DNA from: Mustelus asterias
Lineage: Eukaryota
Assembly (NCBI RefSeq): GCF_964213995.1
Contig: NW_027590137.1
Location: 248,001-312,000, forward strand
DNA: 64,000 nucleotides
Direction: 5' to 3'
In this document: positions 61,845 through 64,000 of the stretch, piece by piece
Layout: each line of letters opens with the position of its first letter
How positions within the stretch are numbered: position 1 is the first letter of the stretch
The notes under the pieces: generated by a model
Databases searched by the model: none
What the model was told of the DNA's origin: nothing
Seen by the model: only the letters and a program-made list of their open reading frames with translations
Program-made: the position numbers and the translations under genes

Positions 61845-62927
61845 AGCTGACAGCATATTTTAGCTAATCGGCCTGTCTGCAATGTCCAACTGCGCTGCGT
61901 TGCTCCAGGTTCCAATGGATAGACTGAGAGCCCATGTCACTGAATTCAAGAAGAAAACCGGTACTTTTAACCTGATTTCAGAATTTATCTTGAACATCAA
62001 AATTTAAAAGCTTTCGTTTGGCAAATATCTAAGTGAGCATTGATTTCTGCCCATTCATTAATGCATCATTTTCATCTTCCTTCGAATGATCTCAACAAAT
62101 TGTAATCAGTAATAAAAGTAAATTACTGCGGATGCTGGAATCGGAAACCAAAAGAGAAAATGCTCGAAAATCTCGCAATGTCTGACAGCTCCTGTAAGGA
62201 GAGAAAAGGGCTGACCTTTCGAGTCCAGATGACATTTTGTGAAAGCTCATTGAGCAATTGTACTCAGTATTTGTTTTATTATTCAATATTTAGTATCAAT
62301 ACATTATTTAACACATATGTCTTCATTATGAATTGAATATCTCTGGAATTGAATATCACTGAATTGCAAACATAACTGACCAACAGAACGAATCGAATCA
62401 CCGGGTAATACAGATCGCAATTTTGAGATTGATCATAACCAGCTTTTAAACAAAGTCAACTACGTTTTAAATGGAAGTGATTCAAGAATTAACTGTTCGT
62501 GACAATTGAGCCTTTTTTTATTATGGGCGTGAAATATTCAGGCGCATAAATTCCGGCCATTTATAGGAAGGTCCAGAAGATCTGCACTGAGTCCCGATTC
62601 TCTCATCTGTTTGAGTGTTTTTTTTTTCTATTTCTTTGTTGTGAAGAACGATTTTTTAAAAGAATCGTCTGGGAAATGAACGCCATTTCTGATAGATCAC
62701 TTACAATATCACTTGTGTCAGTCTTCTGGAGCAGACGCTACTATTAGAAACGTTTCATTCTTGTCAGTGCATCAAAAAAAAGTCAGCATTTCTTATTTTA
62801 CAGAAAACATTGGAGGCCGATGTCAGAGCAACAATAATATGCCTGTAATATTGAGGTTCAGATAATGTTGAGAAACGAACTGAAATCATGCAATTTTCCT
62901 TCACGCGACATGAGAAAGCTTAATGAA

Positions 62928-63000
62928 TGTTTCTGCTCCGTTTCGAACCAGGACCTTTCCGCGTGTCAGACGAACATAATAACCACTACACTGGAGAAAC
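62928..63000 (-). tRNA. tRNA-Val-derived gene or pseudogene, anticodon reads GAC
   Basis: GTTTCTCCAGTGTAGTGGTTATTATGTTCGTCT-GAC-ACGCGGAAAGGTCCTGGTTCGAAACGGAGCAGAAACA, 73 nt; B box GGTTCGAAAC intact, several stem mismatches. Confidence 0.85.
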
Positions 63001-63218
63001 AGCTGGACGCAAACTGCAGCAAATCGGACTGTCCGCAATGTTCAACAGCTGCAGGTTCCAATGGTCAGACTGAGAGCCCATGCTTCTTAATTCAGGAAGA
63101 TAACCGTTGCTTTCAATCTGATTGCTCAACTTATTTTGAACATCAAAATTTAAAAGCGTTCTTCTGGCAAATATCTAAGGGAACAATGATTTCTAGTCTT
63201 TCATTAATGCATCATTCT

Positions 63219-63951
63219 ATAGCTATACGATAAATGGCAGAACCATAAAGGGTGTAGATACGCAGAGGGACCTGGGTGTGCAAGTCCACAGATCCTTGAA
63301 GGTGACGTCACAGGTGGAGAAGGTAGTGAATAAGGCATATGGCATGCTTGCCTTTATAGGGCGGGGCATAGAGTATAAGGTTGGAGTCTGATGTTGCAGA
63401 TGTACAGAACGTTGGTTCGGCCGCATTTGGAATACTGCGTCCAGTTCTGGTCGCCACACTACCAGAAGGACGTGGAGGCTTTGGAGAGAGTGCAGAGGAG
63501 GTTGACCTGGATGTTGTCTGGTATGGAGGGGCTTAGTTATGAGGAGAGATTGGGTAAACTGGGGTTGTTCTCCCTGGAAAAACGGAGGATGAGGGGAGAC
63601 TTAATAGAGATGTATAAAGTTATGAAAGGCATAGATAGGATGAACGGTGGGAAGCTTTTCCCCAGGTCGGTGGTGACGTTCACGAGGGGTCATGGGTTCA
63701 AGGTGAACGGGGGGAGGTTTAACACAGATATCAGAAGGACATATTTTACACAGAGGGTGGTGGGGGCCTGGAATGCGCTACCAGGCAAGGTGGTGGAGGC
63801 GGACACACTGGGAACGTTTAAGACTTATCTAGATAGCCACATGAACGGAGTGGGAATGGAGGGATACAAAAGAATGGTCTAGTTTGGACCAGGGAGCAGC
63901 ACGGGCTTGGGCTAGTTCCTGTGCTGTATTGTTCTTTGTTCTTTGTTCTTT
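63219..63951 (+). mobile_element. CR1 LINE 3' fragment inserted in the tRNA array
   Basis: ORF 63391-63882 (LEYCVQFWSP, RRMRGDLIE); (TTCTTTG)n tail; ATTCT direct repeat at 63214-63218 and 63952-63956. Confidence 0.93.
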
Positions 63952-64000
63952 ATTCTCATCTTCCTTCGAATAATCTCAACCAATTGTTCTCAGCAATAAA

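Larger units (their letters stand above)
60700..64000 (+). repeat. Degenerate tandem array (core unit about 1.2 kb) carrying a tRNA-Val copy per unit
   Basis: 60700-61190 ~ 62280-62760; 61770-62070 ~ 62925-63218; 62068-62115 ~ 63952-64000 (resumes after the CR1 insertion). Confidence 0.85.

Overview
Eukaryotic, repeat-rich genomic DNA from a cartilaginous fish (shark-type IgH sequence, CR1 LINEs, HE1/V-type SINEs); the species cannot be determined from the sequence alone. The core feature is an unrearranged germline IgM-type immunoglobulin heavy-chain minicluster on the minus strand: leader (9544-9589), VH (9105-9412), D1 (8677-8690), D2 (8288-8300), JH (7846-7893), with RSS spacers 23 / 12-22 / 12-12 / 23. 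No constant exon is recognisable, so C should lie beyond position 1. The VH plus about 14 kb of upstream DNA is tandemly duplicated (about 9.1-23.1 kb vs 23.1-39.75 kb). The second copy carries a crippled pseudo-VH split by a palindromic Penelope-like insert with a 9-bp target-site duplication (TSD). The rest is CR1/Rex1 LINE fragments, SINEs and degenerate minisatellites, a possible decayed SRCR-domain gene (51.4-53.6 kb, minus strand, tentative), and a tandem array carrying tRNA-Val pseudogenes at the right end. Most ORFs in the track are LINE fragments, antisense shadows or microsatellite artefacts. Similarities were judged by eye and repeat boundaries are approximate.
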